Below, in pieces: positions 13,648 through 27,946 of a DNA stretch of 64,000 nucleotides. How positions within the stretch are numbered: position 1 is the first letter of the stretch; each line of letters opens with the position of its first letter. The position numbers were made by a program, and so were the translations under genes. This DNA comes from Sphaerodactylus townsendi (Eukaryota), in NCBI RefSeq assembly GCF_021028975.2, contig NC_059441.1:5704001-5768000 (forward strand), in the 5' to 3' direction. The notes under the pieces are model-generated. The model saw nothing but the letters and a program-made list of their open reading frames with translations. It searched no databases and had not been told where the DNA came from.

Positions 13648-13970
13648 CTAGCAAGGAAAAGCAGACAGTCCCTCAGCAATCTGGTAAACGTTGCACCAGC
13701 TCCAGGATATCTGGGCCTTTTTAAAAAAAATTGCTGGCAAAGAAAAATGAAGCCCCGGAACATTTGCCTTTTTCTGTGGGAATGCCCTTTTCTTATCATG
13801 CCTTGTAGGAACTCACCCTCAAAAGAATGGGAAGAGTCCAACCTCTCATGATCACCCACCTTACTTTCAAAAGTAGAAATACGAAATAAACTGTTAAATG
13901 CTGATCTCAACTGGAAAAATAATGGATAACAGAAGGTAGTCTTTCAAACCATTAAAACAACCTTCTAGTC

Positions 13971-14096
13971 CAGGGGTGGCCAATCTATGGCACTCCAGAT
14001 GTTCATGGACTAGAATTCCCATCAGCCCCTGCCAGCACTGCCAATTGGCCATTGTAGTCCATGAACATCTGGAGTGCCAGAGGTTGGCCACCCGTT
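13971..14096. mobile_element. Palindromic hAT MITE, cap E (CAGGGGTGGCCAA)
   Basis: Shared core; perfect TSD TTCTAGTC. Confidence 0.85.
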
Positions 14097-14873
14097 TTCT
14101 AGTCCCGAGCCACGAGGGCTCTAAAAGGTGAGAACCTTTTCTTAGGTTTCCAGGCATGAGTCAATTTGCAGTCAGCTGTCAGGAATCCATCAATAATGTG
14201 GAGCCAACTGCCTCACCTTATCTGGTCCCCCACACTTGCAGAGGCTCTGGGCTGACAGAGGAACAGCATCCACAAGGCAACAGTAGATCCCTGACAAAGT
14301 AGCATCACAAATGTCTCCCATTTCTAACCATTTTGCTTTTGATCCATGAAAAATCCAAACTGAACATATGACCCATGCATGGGATCCAGGATGTCCAGAG
14401 ACAGCCCTATGGTTGTCTTAGGGGCCACGGAGCCTAGAGCTGCCACAGTTGCCGTGGTACAGATGAAAACCGTGGGGTCCTCAAGCCCCATTCAAGATTA
14501 CCTTCAGCAGCAAACAAACAACAATCAATGTTTATTAGCCATAGGCCATACACACATAAAAAGATACTTCAGCCAAAGCCCCACTCCCCACAGTTTCCTT
14601 CAGCAGAAGGAAGGAGACTGTTGAGCAGCTGGGAAAACAGAACTCCAAGTCTGGCCCACACCTGAGATCTGCCCTAAACCCGCTGGAGAGAGTGACAGGA
14701 GTCTGGTAAGACCACATATACGCCCCTTCTGACCATCAAACCTCCAGAGAAATCCGTTCTTCCTCTGCCTAATCAAGTCTTGGTGATGCATGTCAGCCAT
14801 TTCATTTCCAGGCTTACTAATACAAACCATCATCAAATTCAATGTCAGAAACCAGCATTTTAGACCACTGTAC

Positions 14874-14964
14874 CTTTTGGTCTTGCAAAACATGGTCCTC
14901 TAATTTTTTCATATTTTCTTCATGCTGCAACCTCAGTTCTTTGATCTGCTGTCCACACTGAAAA
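14874..14964 (-). CDS. GOLM2: GOLM2 coding exon 4
   Basis: ttcag|(S)FQCGQQIKELRLQHEENMKKLEDHVLQDQK|gtacag; 91 bp, phase 2 to 0. Confidence 0.95.
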
Positions 14965-15408
14965 CTGAAGTACAAAGATGGATAATCAATTTGTCTATTG
15001 TTTTTTACCCTGCTTTTCCACCAAGGAGAATGCAGAAGCATCTGTGGCTCCTTTCTCCTTTTACTCAGTGAGGCAGGTAAAGCTGAATGGGATGGACTGA
15101 CCAGAGGTCACACGGCTAACTTCATGGCTAAGTGGGGATTTAAACCTGGGTCTGTACAGTCCTAGACCAGGGGTCTGCAACCTGCAGCTCTCCAGATGTT
15201 CATGGACTACAAATCCCATCAGCCCCTGCCAGCATGCCAATTGGAGCGGCACCACGCAGGCAAGCCCGCCCTTTGCAAAAGGGGTTCCTCAGATGAAGGA
15301 CTTCTATGCACACTATTATGGATCCTTATTCTGAGGAACTTCTGAAACAAGCGAGAGCTTGCCTGAGTGGTGCTATTCCTAGTGTAGGCACACTACTGCC
15401 CTGATCAG

Positions 15409-15574
15409 GATGGCCCAGCATAGCGGGATCTCCTCACGCCTCAGAAGCTAAGCAGGGTCAGTCCTAGCAGTACCTGGATGGGAGTCACTATGCATAGGAA
15501 GGCAAACCACTGTTAGTCTCTTGCCTTGAAAATTCTACCAGGTTGCCCGTAAGTTGGCTGCAACTTGATGGCAC
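15409..15574 (+). mobile_element. 5S rRNA-derived SINE (5S-Sauria-like)
   Basis: GATCTC...CTCAGAAGCTAAGCAGGGTC...AGTACCTGGATGGGAG is a 5S internal segment, followed by a Sauria-type tail ...TAAGTTGGCTGCAACTTGATGGCAC; relatives about 63375-63535 and 63685-63800 (minus). Confidence 0.75.
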
Positions 15575-16021
15575 ATAATCACACGCACGCATGCTCACGC
15601 AAAGCACAACAATTACTCAGAGACGTTCAGATCCAATTTCTCCCTACCCACGCAGTTTTCCATTGTGTCTTGATGGGGTCAGGATGTAGACCCAGCAGCC
15701 ATTCTGCTGCTGTTGACGTATGGTCAGATAACAGAGCCATATTCATACAGCTTCTGGCACGCCTCCTCTTTAGATAGCACAAGGAATGGTCAACACGAGC
15801 TGGATGACTTGCCCTGCTCCATTTCCATCCTATCTCTCCATTCAAGCCCAGCATCAGGAATAATCCTGCCTAGTCTCCATGGTGACTTAGGGGAAGCTAG
15901 AGAGGACTTAACTGCTGGCAACTGTGTTAAAATATCACATATCTATTTTGACCTGAATGGTGAAACTGAAAGGCTACAGAACTCTATGACTAGTCCACAT
16001 GAGCACCAGCTGCTATACTCA

Positions 16022-16258
<237 letters not shown>

Positions 16259-16549
16259 TCAGAGTCCATCTAGAATCCATCTTATTATAACTGTAAACCT
16301 CAGCTGCAAAATCTGACCGATGTTACCCCCACAGGTGGACATAGCATTACACGCCTACCAGTGACCTGAGATGCTTTCATTGTTAGGTCCATCAGATTCA
16401 TGCGCTGCAACCTGATTGTTTGTGGGAAGTATTCTTTTTTGAGGGAAGTATTCTTGCCTTTGTTGTAGAAATGGTAACCAAGGGGGTGGGTGCGAAGCAC
16501 AAGGAGCACAGCTGCACTCACACACCACAACTCTTTGAGCGGCTTGCTT

Positions 16550-16785
16550 CATAAGAACATAAGAACAAGCCTGCTGGATCAGACCAGAGTCCATCTAGTC
16601 CAGCATTCTGCTACTTGCAATAGCCCACCAGGTGCCTTTGGGAGCTCACTTGCAGGATGTGAAAGCAATGGCCTTCTGCTGCTGCTGCTCCTGAGCACCT
16701 GGTCTGCTAAGGCATTTGCAATCTGAGATCAAGGAGGATCAAGATTGGTAGCCATAGATCGACTTCTCCTCCATAAATCTGTCTT
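16550..16785 (-). mobile_element. CR1-type 3' end
   Basis: CATAAGAACATAAGAAC tail and 3' UTR shared with 9746 and 57000 copies. Confidence 0.8.
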
Positions 16786-17030
16786 TTTAAAGCTTCCTGC
16801 TGTGTTCGTTAAAATCCTGCTTTAGGGGTGGGGGTAACTTCTGGGACTCTGCTGTAAAGGCAGTGGAAATCACCAGGCATGCTGTTGATGCACACAGGCT
16901 CTTCCATGCAATAATAGCCAGCCACGTCTCTTTGCTGCTTTTTCATTCTCAGCCACGCTTCCATTAAGAGAACCACTAGATTTCACTGTGGTAAAAATCT
17001 TTTCTCACTTTACTCATCAGGGCTTCTTAC

Positions 17031-17085
17031 CCTTCAAGCGATGTATGTCTGCCATTTGGTAGGATATGTTGCTCTGAAGCTTGAC
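17031..17085 (-). CDS. GOLM2: GOLM2 coding exon 2
   Basis: tacag|VKLQSNISYQMADIHRLK-G|gtaag; 55 bp, phase 0 to 1. Confidence 0.96.
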
Positions 17086-18107
17086 CTGTAAAGGAGAATG
17101 TGACTTTAAAATTACGTAGATTAATAGTCCTATTATGAGTGTAATGTTCTTTTGAATGACTACAAAGATAATGTCAAAGTGGTCCTGGCAGTCAAACATC
17201 ACAGATACAATTTCACACCAAATGTTCCTGTTTATTTACCATCGTATCTGTGGCATTTGGTAAGATCAGTTCATATTATCTTATTCAGAAAAAGAAACCT
17301 TAAGCATAGGATACATTTATGTCCAGCCTAGTCCACCAAAAAGCAGGGGCAAAGCAGATAGGATTTCCACCCTAGTAGGAAATTAAAAAACCCAGAAATC
17401 TTACTGATTATTTCTCAGTGAACTACATACTGCGACTCAAAACAAACACTGACCCATAAGCACTGGTTGATTTTTTTTATTCCATTTGCATCACGTTTCA
17501 ATAGCATTCCAAAAAGTCATGATGCAGCAAATTTTGCTGCCGCTGAACAACTGCATTATTCAAGGACAGTGCTGGTAGTTACAAAAGGCCATTAGAGGAA
17601 TGAGATAAAGCATTTCTATGCACATAAATTGACCACTTCAGCTGTCTATTTCAATTGCCATTTACTGCTCTACTCTTTTGGCCAACAACAGAGGGACTTT
17701 CTTTTAACCTGCAAGGTGGACTTTTTTTTTTACCCATAAATTCATTTCTAAAGAACGAACACAGCATCCAGGCACAATTAAAACCTCGTCTTCTGCATTA
17801 GAAGTGAATTTCTGGCTACTGAAAAGTGCACTCAAAGTTGAAACTTTTATTGGCCGTATCAACAGATAAAGCCTTTGGTGGCCGACACAGAGGGAAAATT
17901 GTTACGCCCATTTGCTTTCCCTTCCCAAAATCAATAAATGGGAGCCTCTGAGCTGGAAAATAAATGTCCAAATGAAATGGCACTTGTCAATGGGTGAATG
18001 GTACAAGAAGCTTCTCTCCATCATGAAACATTTATTTTCAGGAACACTGCTGAAAAGTCAGCAGAATCTCAGCTTTTCCTGAATCTTTAGTGAAGTTAGT
18101 AAGAACA

Positions 18108-18266
18108 GGTTGCTGCGGGCTTTCCGGGCTGTGTTGCCGTGGTCTAGGAGATCTTGTTCCTAAAGTTTCGCCTGCGTCTGGCTGAAGATCCACCAGACCA
18201 CGGCCACACAGTCCGGAAAGCCCTCAACAACCAGGTGAGTCTGGCTGCGAAAGCCTTTGACAATGC
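18108..18266. mobile_element. Inverted pair of Penelope terminal-repeat remnants
   Basis: GGGCTTTCCGGGCTGTG...CCGTGGTCT inverted against AGACCACGG...CACAGTCCGGAAAGCCC. Confidence 0.75.
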
Positions 18267-18564
18267 ATTAGTCCAGGCGTTGGGGAACCCACCGGTTCAG
18301 GGCCCACATCAGCACCCTCACTCTGATGGACAGTGACTGCTTTCCTCTGGACCAGGGGTCTGCAGCCTGCGGCTCCATGGACTACAATTCCCATCAGCCT
18401 CTGCCAGCACAGCCAATTGGCTGATGGGAATTGTAGTCCATGAAATCTGGAGAGCCTCAGGTTGCAGACCCCTGCTTTAGCCCTTACACCCTCATGTCAA
18501 AGAAATTCTGAGGCATTACACTGACAAATTGCCCGTTCATAGCTATTCCTCAGTTGCTGCGTTA

Positions 18565-19700
<1,136 letters not shown>

Positions 19701-19767
19701 GGCCGCTATAGCCCTATAACGTTGTGGAGACGGCCTTGCGCTTTTGACCGTGTAATAGCGTATAGCC

Positions 19768-20842
19768 CAGGGGCCTGCAACCTGCGGCTCTCCAGATGTT
19801 CATGGACTGCAATTCCCATCAGCCCCTGCCAGCATGGCCAATTGCGTCACTTCCTGTATCGCTGTAGCACTTCCGAGCCTGTATCCCTTCCAAGGGGTGT
19901 CTGCGTCTTTCACCCCATAACTCCAACTGAAAAGGGCTGAGAACACCGATTTCAAGGCATGGTGATGGATCAGTATGATGCTTTTGCAACTAAAAAATGA
20001 CCTGCTGGCACTTTCAGGGTGTTCAGCCTCAAGACTGCAGAACAGCAAACACACTTTGCATGCTGCCATACTAAAGATGCCATCGTGAGCAAGGACTGCC
20101 GAGCCACCTTTCCGCCACTGTGTCGTCGTCGTCTTCGTCTTCTTTTTTTTAAGTGATGCCCACTTTCAGCCTCAGATGTGAGGGGGAAGGAGCCAGGTCA
20201 CCCCAGGAAGCTCCAACCACCCCTGACCACGTTAGCCTATTGCTCTTAAGCTACTATTAAAGTGGTCTGGCCGCAGGGGTTTGCAACCTGCGGCTCTCCA
20301 GATGTTCATGGACTACAATCCCCATCAGCCCCTGCCAGCATGGCCAATTGCGTCACTTCCTGTATCGCTGTAGCACTTCCAAGCCTGTATCCCTTCCAAG
20401 GGGTTTCTGCGTCTTTCACCCCATAACTCCAACTGAAAAGGGCTGAGAACACCTTTCAAGACATGGCGATGGATAAGTATGATGCTTTTGCAACTTTAAA
20501 TGACCTGCTGGCACTTTCAGGGTGTTCAGCCTCAAGACTGCAGATTTGCATGTTGCCATACTAAAGATGCTATTGTGAGCAAGGACTGCCGAGCCACCTT
20601 TCCGCCACTGCGTCGTCTTCTTCTTCTTTTTAAGTGATGCCCACTTTCAGCCTCAGATGTGAGGGGGAAGGAGCCAGGTCACCCCAGGAAACTCCAGCCA
20701 CCCCTGACCACATTAGCCTATTGCTCTTAAGCTACTATTAAAGTGGTCTGGCCGCAGGGGTTTGCAACCTGTGGCTCTCCAGATGGTCATGGACTACAAA
20801 TCCCATCAGCCCCCTGCCAGCTTGGCCAATTGCAGACCCCGG
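19768..20842 (+). repeat. Tandem duplication (units 19768-20273 and 20274-20754) bounded by cap-A MITE segments
   Basis: Two highly similar units of 506 and 481 bp, each starting with a half-MITE; a third, internally deleted MITE at 20755-20842. Confidence 0.92.
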
Positions 20843-23264
20843 CCTGAGCATTAGATGGGAGTCCTGCAAAGCTTGTGGGGGGCTCCTCCAAGCCCCACCA
20901 CCAAGTTTCTCCCACTGCTGCTGGAGTGCTCTGCTGCTGCAACCAAGCCCAAACCTCTCTTAACATCCACCACCGCTGTGGCCTCGCCTGGAGCCTCTCC
21001 TGGTGTTTGCACAGAACCACTCCTGCCGTTCGCTGCCACAGCAACTGGGCCCACAGCAGCTCCCAGCATCCTCCAACATGGTGCCCAGGCTCAAGTGTGG
21101 ATTCCTGCAGCGGCAGCCACCTCTACCTGTAAATGCATATGTGCAGACAACACTTTTTTTAGTGGAGGAACTTTCAACCCCAGTGTATTTTTTAAGGTTT
21201 TCAGATTGTTCTGCACATCTGAGGAGCACTCCCAAGTTTGCAGAAAAAGTTGTTTAGCGTTTCTGTGGTCCTGATCCACATATTTAGGAATCAACAGACA
21301 GGGGTGTGTGTCACATGTTGCAATTAGACATAGAGCTGATTTGTGTGATAAAATGTGCAACGAACAAAGAGAAATGCTTCCCTCTGTCAGTTACACGCGA
21401 GTCCAGTAGCAGTAGAGATCAACAAGATTTTTTCCATGTGAGCTTTCATGACTCCAAGCTCCTTTTGTCAGATCTCTGTTCTACTGCAGACGAAAAGCTA
21501 CGTGGGTATGTAAAGTGCTGACAAGTCTTTGCTAACTTACAGCGACCCCATTGGATTTTCAAGGCAAAAGATGTCCGAAGGTGGTTTGCCATTGCCTGCC
21601 TCCGCATGGGCTGAGAGAGTTCAGAGAGAACTATGACTGCCCCAAGGTCACTCAGCAGGCTTCATGTGGAATAGAGGGTAATCGAACCTAGTTCTCCAAA
21701 TTAGAGTTTGCCGCTCTTAACCACTACACCATGTTGGCTCCAAAAGTAAGGTAAGGACATTTAGATACATTTTAAATAAGTGGTTCCTGTAAATCTGAAA
21801 AACATGCTACACATGGAGAATACTTTTTTAAAAAACCAAGAAAAGTCCAAGAGGTCACCAGACAGACACACTGGTGTGAACTACACAAGCATAAGGAATT
21901 CTACATGCAGACACAGCCTGCATTTTGGAATAAATTATGTTGCACTGCATTTTCTAACCAGCAGGTGTCACTAGCGACTGCACTGCAGCCTCCTCAACAA
22001 CCACAATTCCACACCAAAAGTCCACCAATTAAGTCATGAGGGCTGATGCGTTAAATGCTTGTTGACAATTAGGGGAGTCAGGCAGAGCTCACTGGAATAT
22101 TAGAACTGTTAATTCCTTGCTAATTTTTCTCTGGCTGCACAGCCCAGCTAAGTGGAGTAAACAGCTAAGTGGAGCGGACTCCAGTGCAGTCCTTAGAGGG
22201 CAATCCCCTTCAGTAGATGATCTGAGAAGGATTCTGCGTGGAACTGCTCGGGCTGGGGTCTGCAACCTGCGGCTCTCCAGATGTTCATGGACTACAAATC
22301 CCATCAGCCCCTGCCAGCGTGGCCAATTGGCCGTGCTGGCAGGGGCTGATGGGAATTGTAGTCCATGAACATCCGGAGAGCCGCAGGTTGCAGACCCCTT
22401 AGTGCTTATGGAAGGTGGAGGTGATTCATTCAGTAGGAATTCTTAGTATGCCTAAAACCCCGAAGGGAAGGGACAGCATGGAAACCCAATTTGTTAAATA
22501 AACATAAAGAAATAAAACATGAAAACTATACAGAAAGATCTTACGGGGTTTTTTGCCTGTACTTGGGGATGGTGGCTTACAACAGAGTACTCAGCAAGTA
22601 GGTCACTGAAAAGTTGCTTTCAAGTGAAAAGTAATCACAGATTTCATTGTGCTGGACGACTCGGGTCAGGCCTGCTTCAGATATAGGTGTTCACTCAAGA
22701 AGCCCTGAGTGTCTATTTTTGCCTGTATCAGACTATTTAATCCTCAGCAAGAGGTACAGCTCAACAGTGTTGCTGGCTTGATATGGTTAAAATTCTCAAG
22801 GAATACTACTAAAGAGCCTTTGTGTCCATGTTATCCCTTATTGTGTCATAACAGTTTTGCATCTTTAACACTGACCACCCAGGCTGGTGTAGAGGGCAAA
22901 CAGTCAGCAGGAGGGCAAATACACCCATGGCAGGGAGTGGCGTTGAAGGGCAGTGCGGGTGGGGGGGATGGAACAACTGCCCCGGTGGCACAGACTTGGC
23001 TCAGGGGCTGGGCTGGTATGAAAAGGGGCAGTTCCAAAGTTGGCCTTGAAGACAGCCAGAATTTGGGCCAGGAATGCCCACGCCCACCCATCAAACTTAC
23101 ACTTGGTCAAATCGTGCTGCAGTCTGTAGACAACCATGTTACGAAGTTGCCAATCCCCACCCCCACCCCAGCACTGCCCAACCAACAAGGAGGAAAAGAG
23201 CTCAGGAGGCTGACTGGACCCCCGGCTAAGCCACTGACCAATGGCAGGCGCAACGGGGACTCAC

Positions 23265-23700
23265 CCAGCCGCCACCTCTTTTCCTGCGGCCCCTGCTGCA
23301 GAGTCGATTGAGTCCAGAGGCCGTGGAGATCTGCATGTCATGACCTTTGCCTGAGAATTTCCCCACAGGATCCATGAAGACATCCCAGTGGTTGCAGGCG
23401 GCCCGCCTGAAGGGTGGTGCTGTAGTAGCAGTGTGGTACCTGTACACCAGTGGCTTCTTGTACGGGGAGGGGGGGTAAGGGCAACATGGCTGCAGTCCAT
23501 TACCCCCGTGACGTTGGGGAATCCTTCCAGGGACTCAAAGCCGGCCTGGGCCAGGGCCGCCTGGGCATGAAGGCTTGCTGGCATTGCACCCAGGAAGCAA
23601 CGGAGGTAGCGACAGGCTGAGGACTGGGAGACCTCCAGGACTCTGCAATGACACCCTGGAATGTTCTTCTTGCCAGTCCGCAGGGACAGCAAGACCCTCT
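23265..23700 (-). pseudogene. Decayed PIF/Harbinger (HARBI1-like DDE) transposase
   Basis: VSQSSACR...GFPNVTGVMDCSHVAL (consensus GFP.v.GaiDgtHi), frameshift, then ACNHWDVFMDPVGKFSGKGHD (consensus vCD....F.dv.a..PGS.HD), then WRLG followed by a GTGAGT donor. Confidence 0.82.
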
Positions 23701-23789
23701 GCAGGACGGGGGTTGGCCAGGGCCCCAGTACATGCGCCTCTAGCCAGCCTCGACCTCACAGATTTACTGGATTGTCACCCTGTCCAGAG

Positions 23790-23937
23790 CAGGGATCTGC
23801 AACCTGCGGCTCTCCAGATGTTCATGGACTACAAATGATGGACTCCAGATGTGCATGGCCTACATGGCCAAGCTGGCAGGGGCTGATGGGATTTGTAGTC
23901 CATGAACATCTGGAGAGCCGCAGGTTGCAGACCCCTG
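23790..23937. mobile_element. Palindromic hAT MITE, cap A
   Basis: Perfect TSD GTCCAGAG. Confidence 0.9.
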
Positions 23938-26900
23938 GTCCAGAGGAAAGCAGTCGCTGTCCATCAGAGTGAGGGTGCTGATGTGGGCCCTGAACTGGTG
24001 GGTTCCCCAACGCCTTGTAAGAGTCTATTACTCCAGTCAATAATCGAGACTCACGGAAGATTCAAGAGCTTTATTGAACTGTGTCAGGACCCTTTTGCAG
24101 TGGGGATATGTCTTCACACGTGACCCCTCCCATTAATCCCTCCTCCCCCCTGTTCCCAGAGTTAGTCGCATGAGGAAAGAACAATGTCAAAAACAGCATT
24201 GTTACGTGTTCTGCCCAAGAACTTGCGACGGGGCTCAGTCTCCCCTGTAGATGGGAAAGGAAGAGGGCTGCATATTTCACAGGTTACAAGCAACAAGAGA
24301 AAGCAGGATGGCTCTCAGGCTGCAGGTAGCAGCAACTGCAGGTGTGACTCACCCCCACCCATTGATACCAAGGCAGGCAAGGGCCAGGCCTGACCCGCCT
24401 CTCCCAACAAACGGCCACTCAGCCATACAGTGCCAGCAGGAATGTGGCAGATGCCCAGGGTGGGGGGCAGCAGTTGGACAGGGCAGCAGCCTAGCTGGTG
24501 GCTGCTCCTACCTCTGGAGAAGGGTGAACTGCCAGTGGGATTGGTTCTCAGCCAGCACAACACTCTCTTTCCCTCCCTGCCACCCCAAACCTATCCCCTG
24601 GGGCACCCCCCTGCCTGGGCCTCTGTTGCCTTCCACTACTGAGGCCACCGCTGAGGCCACGGCCTGGCTGGGCGAGAGGGTTCCCAAGGGGCAGCTGCCT
24701 GTCCCCTCTTTATGGGCAGAGGCCGTACCTTGAATAGTCCAGCAGAAATTGTTTGGATCAGACCTGGGCTGGCCAATAATAGAAGGTACTCAGCTGCATA
24801 GAACCCGTACCAAACTGAGGTGTGGCTGTGAAGCGGTCAGGTGGAATCCCCCAGGGCAAGGAAGGTGCCAGTCGTCTTCTGTTCCCACTGCTTGCTCGGA
24901 GCCCCTGCAGCTGCAGGGCCGCTGCGACGGCTCTCTTGTCATTGCAGGAGGGATCGGTGGCTCTTTTTGCCAATGCAGCAAATTTGAGGCCAGCAGAAGC
25001 ACAGGAAGCAGATCTTCAAAGCAGTGTGAAAACGGGATGATAAATATAGGAGCGGGGACTGAGCGCATAACCTGGCAGCTGCTTGGATCCTTGACTGGTG
25101 AGGAAGCAGGACAAGGCCAGGAAAACATCTGCTCAAATCTGACCCGGAGAGAAGGTTCTAACGTGGGGTTGAAGCAGGACGGGGACTTTCAGGTACAAAA
25201 AGAGCGGGATGATTCTAACCGTGTTTGGGCGGGGGGGAGGCCGAACTGCTGAGCCTTTGTCAGGATCTGGGCATTCGCCATCAAGTTACTACCCAAAAAA
25301 AATCACCTTTCAGCAAAGAAGTCAAAATGGTGATGTGGATCCACTTTCCAACTGCAGCCCCTCGTTTTAGGGCATCCGTGCCGGTCCACGTGACAGCTGA
25401 AATGTCAGTTGCTTTAAAGATGACAGTTGGCACTGGAGGCAAACAAAGCGCACCCGCAGCACCTTCTGCATCGTCTGGAGCTGAGAGGTATCCCGAGAAC
25501 AAGGCAGCTCCTGCTGAAGCCTATTCAATAACGCCACAACTGGAAGTCCTGCTGATCTGTCTTTGCAAAGAGTCTGCCCGGAGAAAGGCGGCAGTCTGGT
25601 TTCTTGCTCCACGGCAGAGCAATGGCAGAGGCAGTGCCTGCAATGCTAGAGGGATGGAAGCACCGCTGGTGGGAGGCGGCCTCTCCCCAGTCCTTGGGTG
25701 TTATTGGCCGAATTCCCACTGAACATTTAATCCAGATACAACCGAGTTTCAAAAGAATTGGCACCTTTTCATCCAGGTTCCAACATCCTCACTGCAGCAT
25801 GTTTCAAGTGAAGACATCTAGCCCTGCCCCTTGGGGGGGGGGGGGTGCCTGCTGTCAGGGGTGCAATTGTCAAGCTAGCAGCACCAAAAATTTCAGAGTA
25901 TCTTTAGGAGACCCTCCTGATGATACCACCCAGGTTTGGTGAAGTTTGGCTCATGGGGGCCAAAGTTATGGACCCTCAAATGTGCAGCCCCCATCTCCTA
26001 TTAGCTCCCATTGGAGTGTTTTTTTCAAAAAGGTCCAGGAAAATCCCATGATGGGTGGGTGGGTGGGAGGAGCGCCAGAAACGGGAACCGTTCCACGGTT
26101 CGGCTGTGAGGAGATCTCGAGGGAACCTGGATATTTCGGGTGACTATCCCAGGATTAATCGCCAGTGAGGAAATCACCGTGGCTCTGGGGGATCCTCCCC
26201 CATTCCTGAAATGTGCTACCTAGGAAACAGTCACCAGGTAGCACAAAATCCTCTCATTTCCGGGGTGCAGGCTCCTTCTGGCACGGAGCACCTGCAGTGT
26301 CTACACCCAAGGACTCACGGAGGGGAAGCGTTGGAGGCGGCAGCTTCACACTCGTGGCTTTTCCTGGTCACTTCTGCAAGAGAGTGAGCGAGCTACTCTG
26401 CATTCTCTGGGACAAGCATTTCCTCCACATACTTCTAGGCATGTCCTGCCTGTGAGAGAATGGCCCGTTGTTTGGACCGTAAAGCCTCAGAGGACCAGAG
26501 ACCGAACGGAGCAGCATCTGATCTTGAGAGTTCCTTTTTGAAAACGATCACTCGTCTTGGGGTCTCTTGTATTTCTTTATTTATTTTTTAGATTTCTGTG
26601 TCGCCCCATCCCCGAAGGGCTTTTCAGAGAGATTCTCTGGCTGGGGAATTCTGGGGACGCCGGGGTTTCTTCCAGTCAGCTCTCTCGCACTCACCTTGCG
26701 CTTCCCATAGCTGCATTGGAGGGGCTGTGGCAATTCAGTGAAGGTCTGGCGCCTCCAGTCAAAAGGCTGAAGCGGTTTTAGAGGGTGGAGGACATGTTGG
26801 CCTGCAGTAGAACAGTTAGATTTGGGCGCAGTCGCACCTTGAAAACCAAAGAGCGTGGCTTTTTGTTGGTCTTTACGCTGCCACTGGACTCAAACTGTGA

Positions 26901-27552
26901 AGTAGTTGGAGATGTGGAAGCCCTCTGTCTGAGACCACGTCCAGGCAGAGTGGACAGGACTGACCATACCTCAACAGAAGGCTGCTTCGTTCTTCCAGCT
27001 TCTCCACTGCGGTGGTAAACTGGTCCTTGGTGGGTGAAAAAAGCCACCAAACTAGGCCACTCATAGGCAAGCAAGGGTTTGCTGCCTCCTTGAGATACCC
27101 CCACACACGTCTGCAGTAAGATATCCCTTTGTGATTTAACCAAAAGGACCCCCCCCATTACCTTGCCTTAAATCAGGTTAACTATGCTCCAGAATGGCTA
27201 TATTATATTGAGAGCAGCAGCAGCAGCAGCAGTTTTTATTCCCAATTTTTCTCTACCATAAGGAGCCTCCAAACGGCTTTCCTCCCCCCTCCAAAGGCAC
27301 CTTGTGAGGTCAGTGAGGCTGAGAGAGTTTGGAGAGAACTGGGACCGCCCCAAGGTCACCCTGCAGGCTTCATGTGGAGTGGTGGAGAATTGAACCCGGT
27401 TCTCCAGTTACACTCAGCTGCTCTTAACCCCTGCACCATGTTGGCTCTTCAGGATTGCTTAAAGGGGGTGGAGGCAGTGGAGAAATCCAGCCCATGGAAA
27501 CCTTGGGGGGGTGGGGAGAACTTTGTGGGTGGAGATTTCCAAATGGACTCTT

Positions 27553-27946
27553 GAGAGCCAGCGGGGTGTAGTGGTTAAGAGCAGGTGGACTGTAATCTGG
27601 GGAACCGGGTTTGATTCTCCACTCTTCCACATGAGTGCAGGCTCTTATCCAGTGGTGGCGAACCTATGGCACTCCAGATATCCATGGACTACAATTCCCA
27701 TCAGCCCCTGCCAGCATGCCAATTGGTGGTGTCATAGGTTCACCACCACAACGAACCAGATGTGTTTCAGCACTCCTACAGTCCTGCTGGGTTACCTTGG
27801 GCTAGTCACAGTTCTCTCAGAACTCTCTCCGCCCCACCTGCCTCACAAGGGGTCTCTGGTGGGGAGAGGGAGGGAAAGGAGCTCGTAAGCTGCCTTGAGT
27901 CTCCTTACAGAAGAGAAAGGTGGGGTATAAATCCAAACTCTTCTTC
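27553..27946 (+). mobile_element. tRNA-derived SINE (older subfamily) interrupted by a cap-C MITE (27650-27749)
   Basis: tRNA head GGTGTAGTGGTTAAGAGC...GGTTTGATTC; CTT tail; related minus-strand copies about 21590-21740, 27230-27449, 56675-56890. Confidence 0.8.

Noticed and set aside
15409-15490. 5S rRNA gene
   Set aside because: Diverged, incomplete and fused to a SINE tail.
24016-24288. Possible solo LTR (TG...CA, reverse AATAAA); a similar candidate at about 10640-10950
   Set aside because: No target-site duplication or second copy visible, so it cannot be supported.
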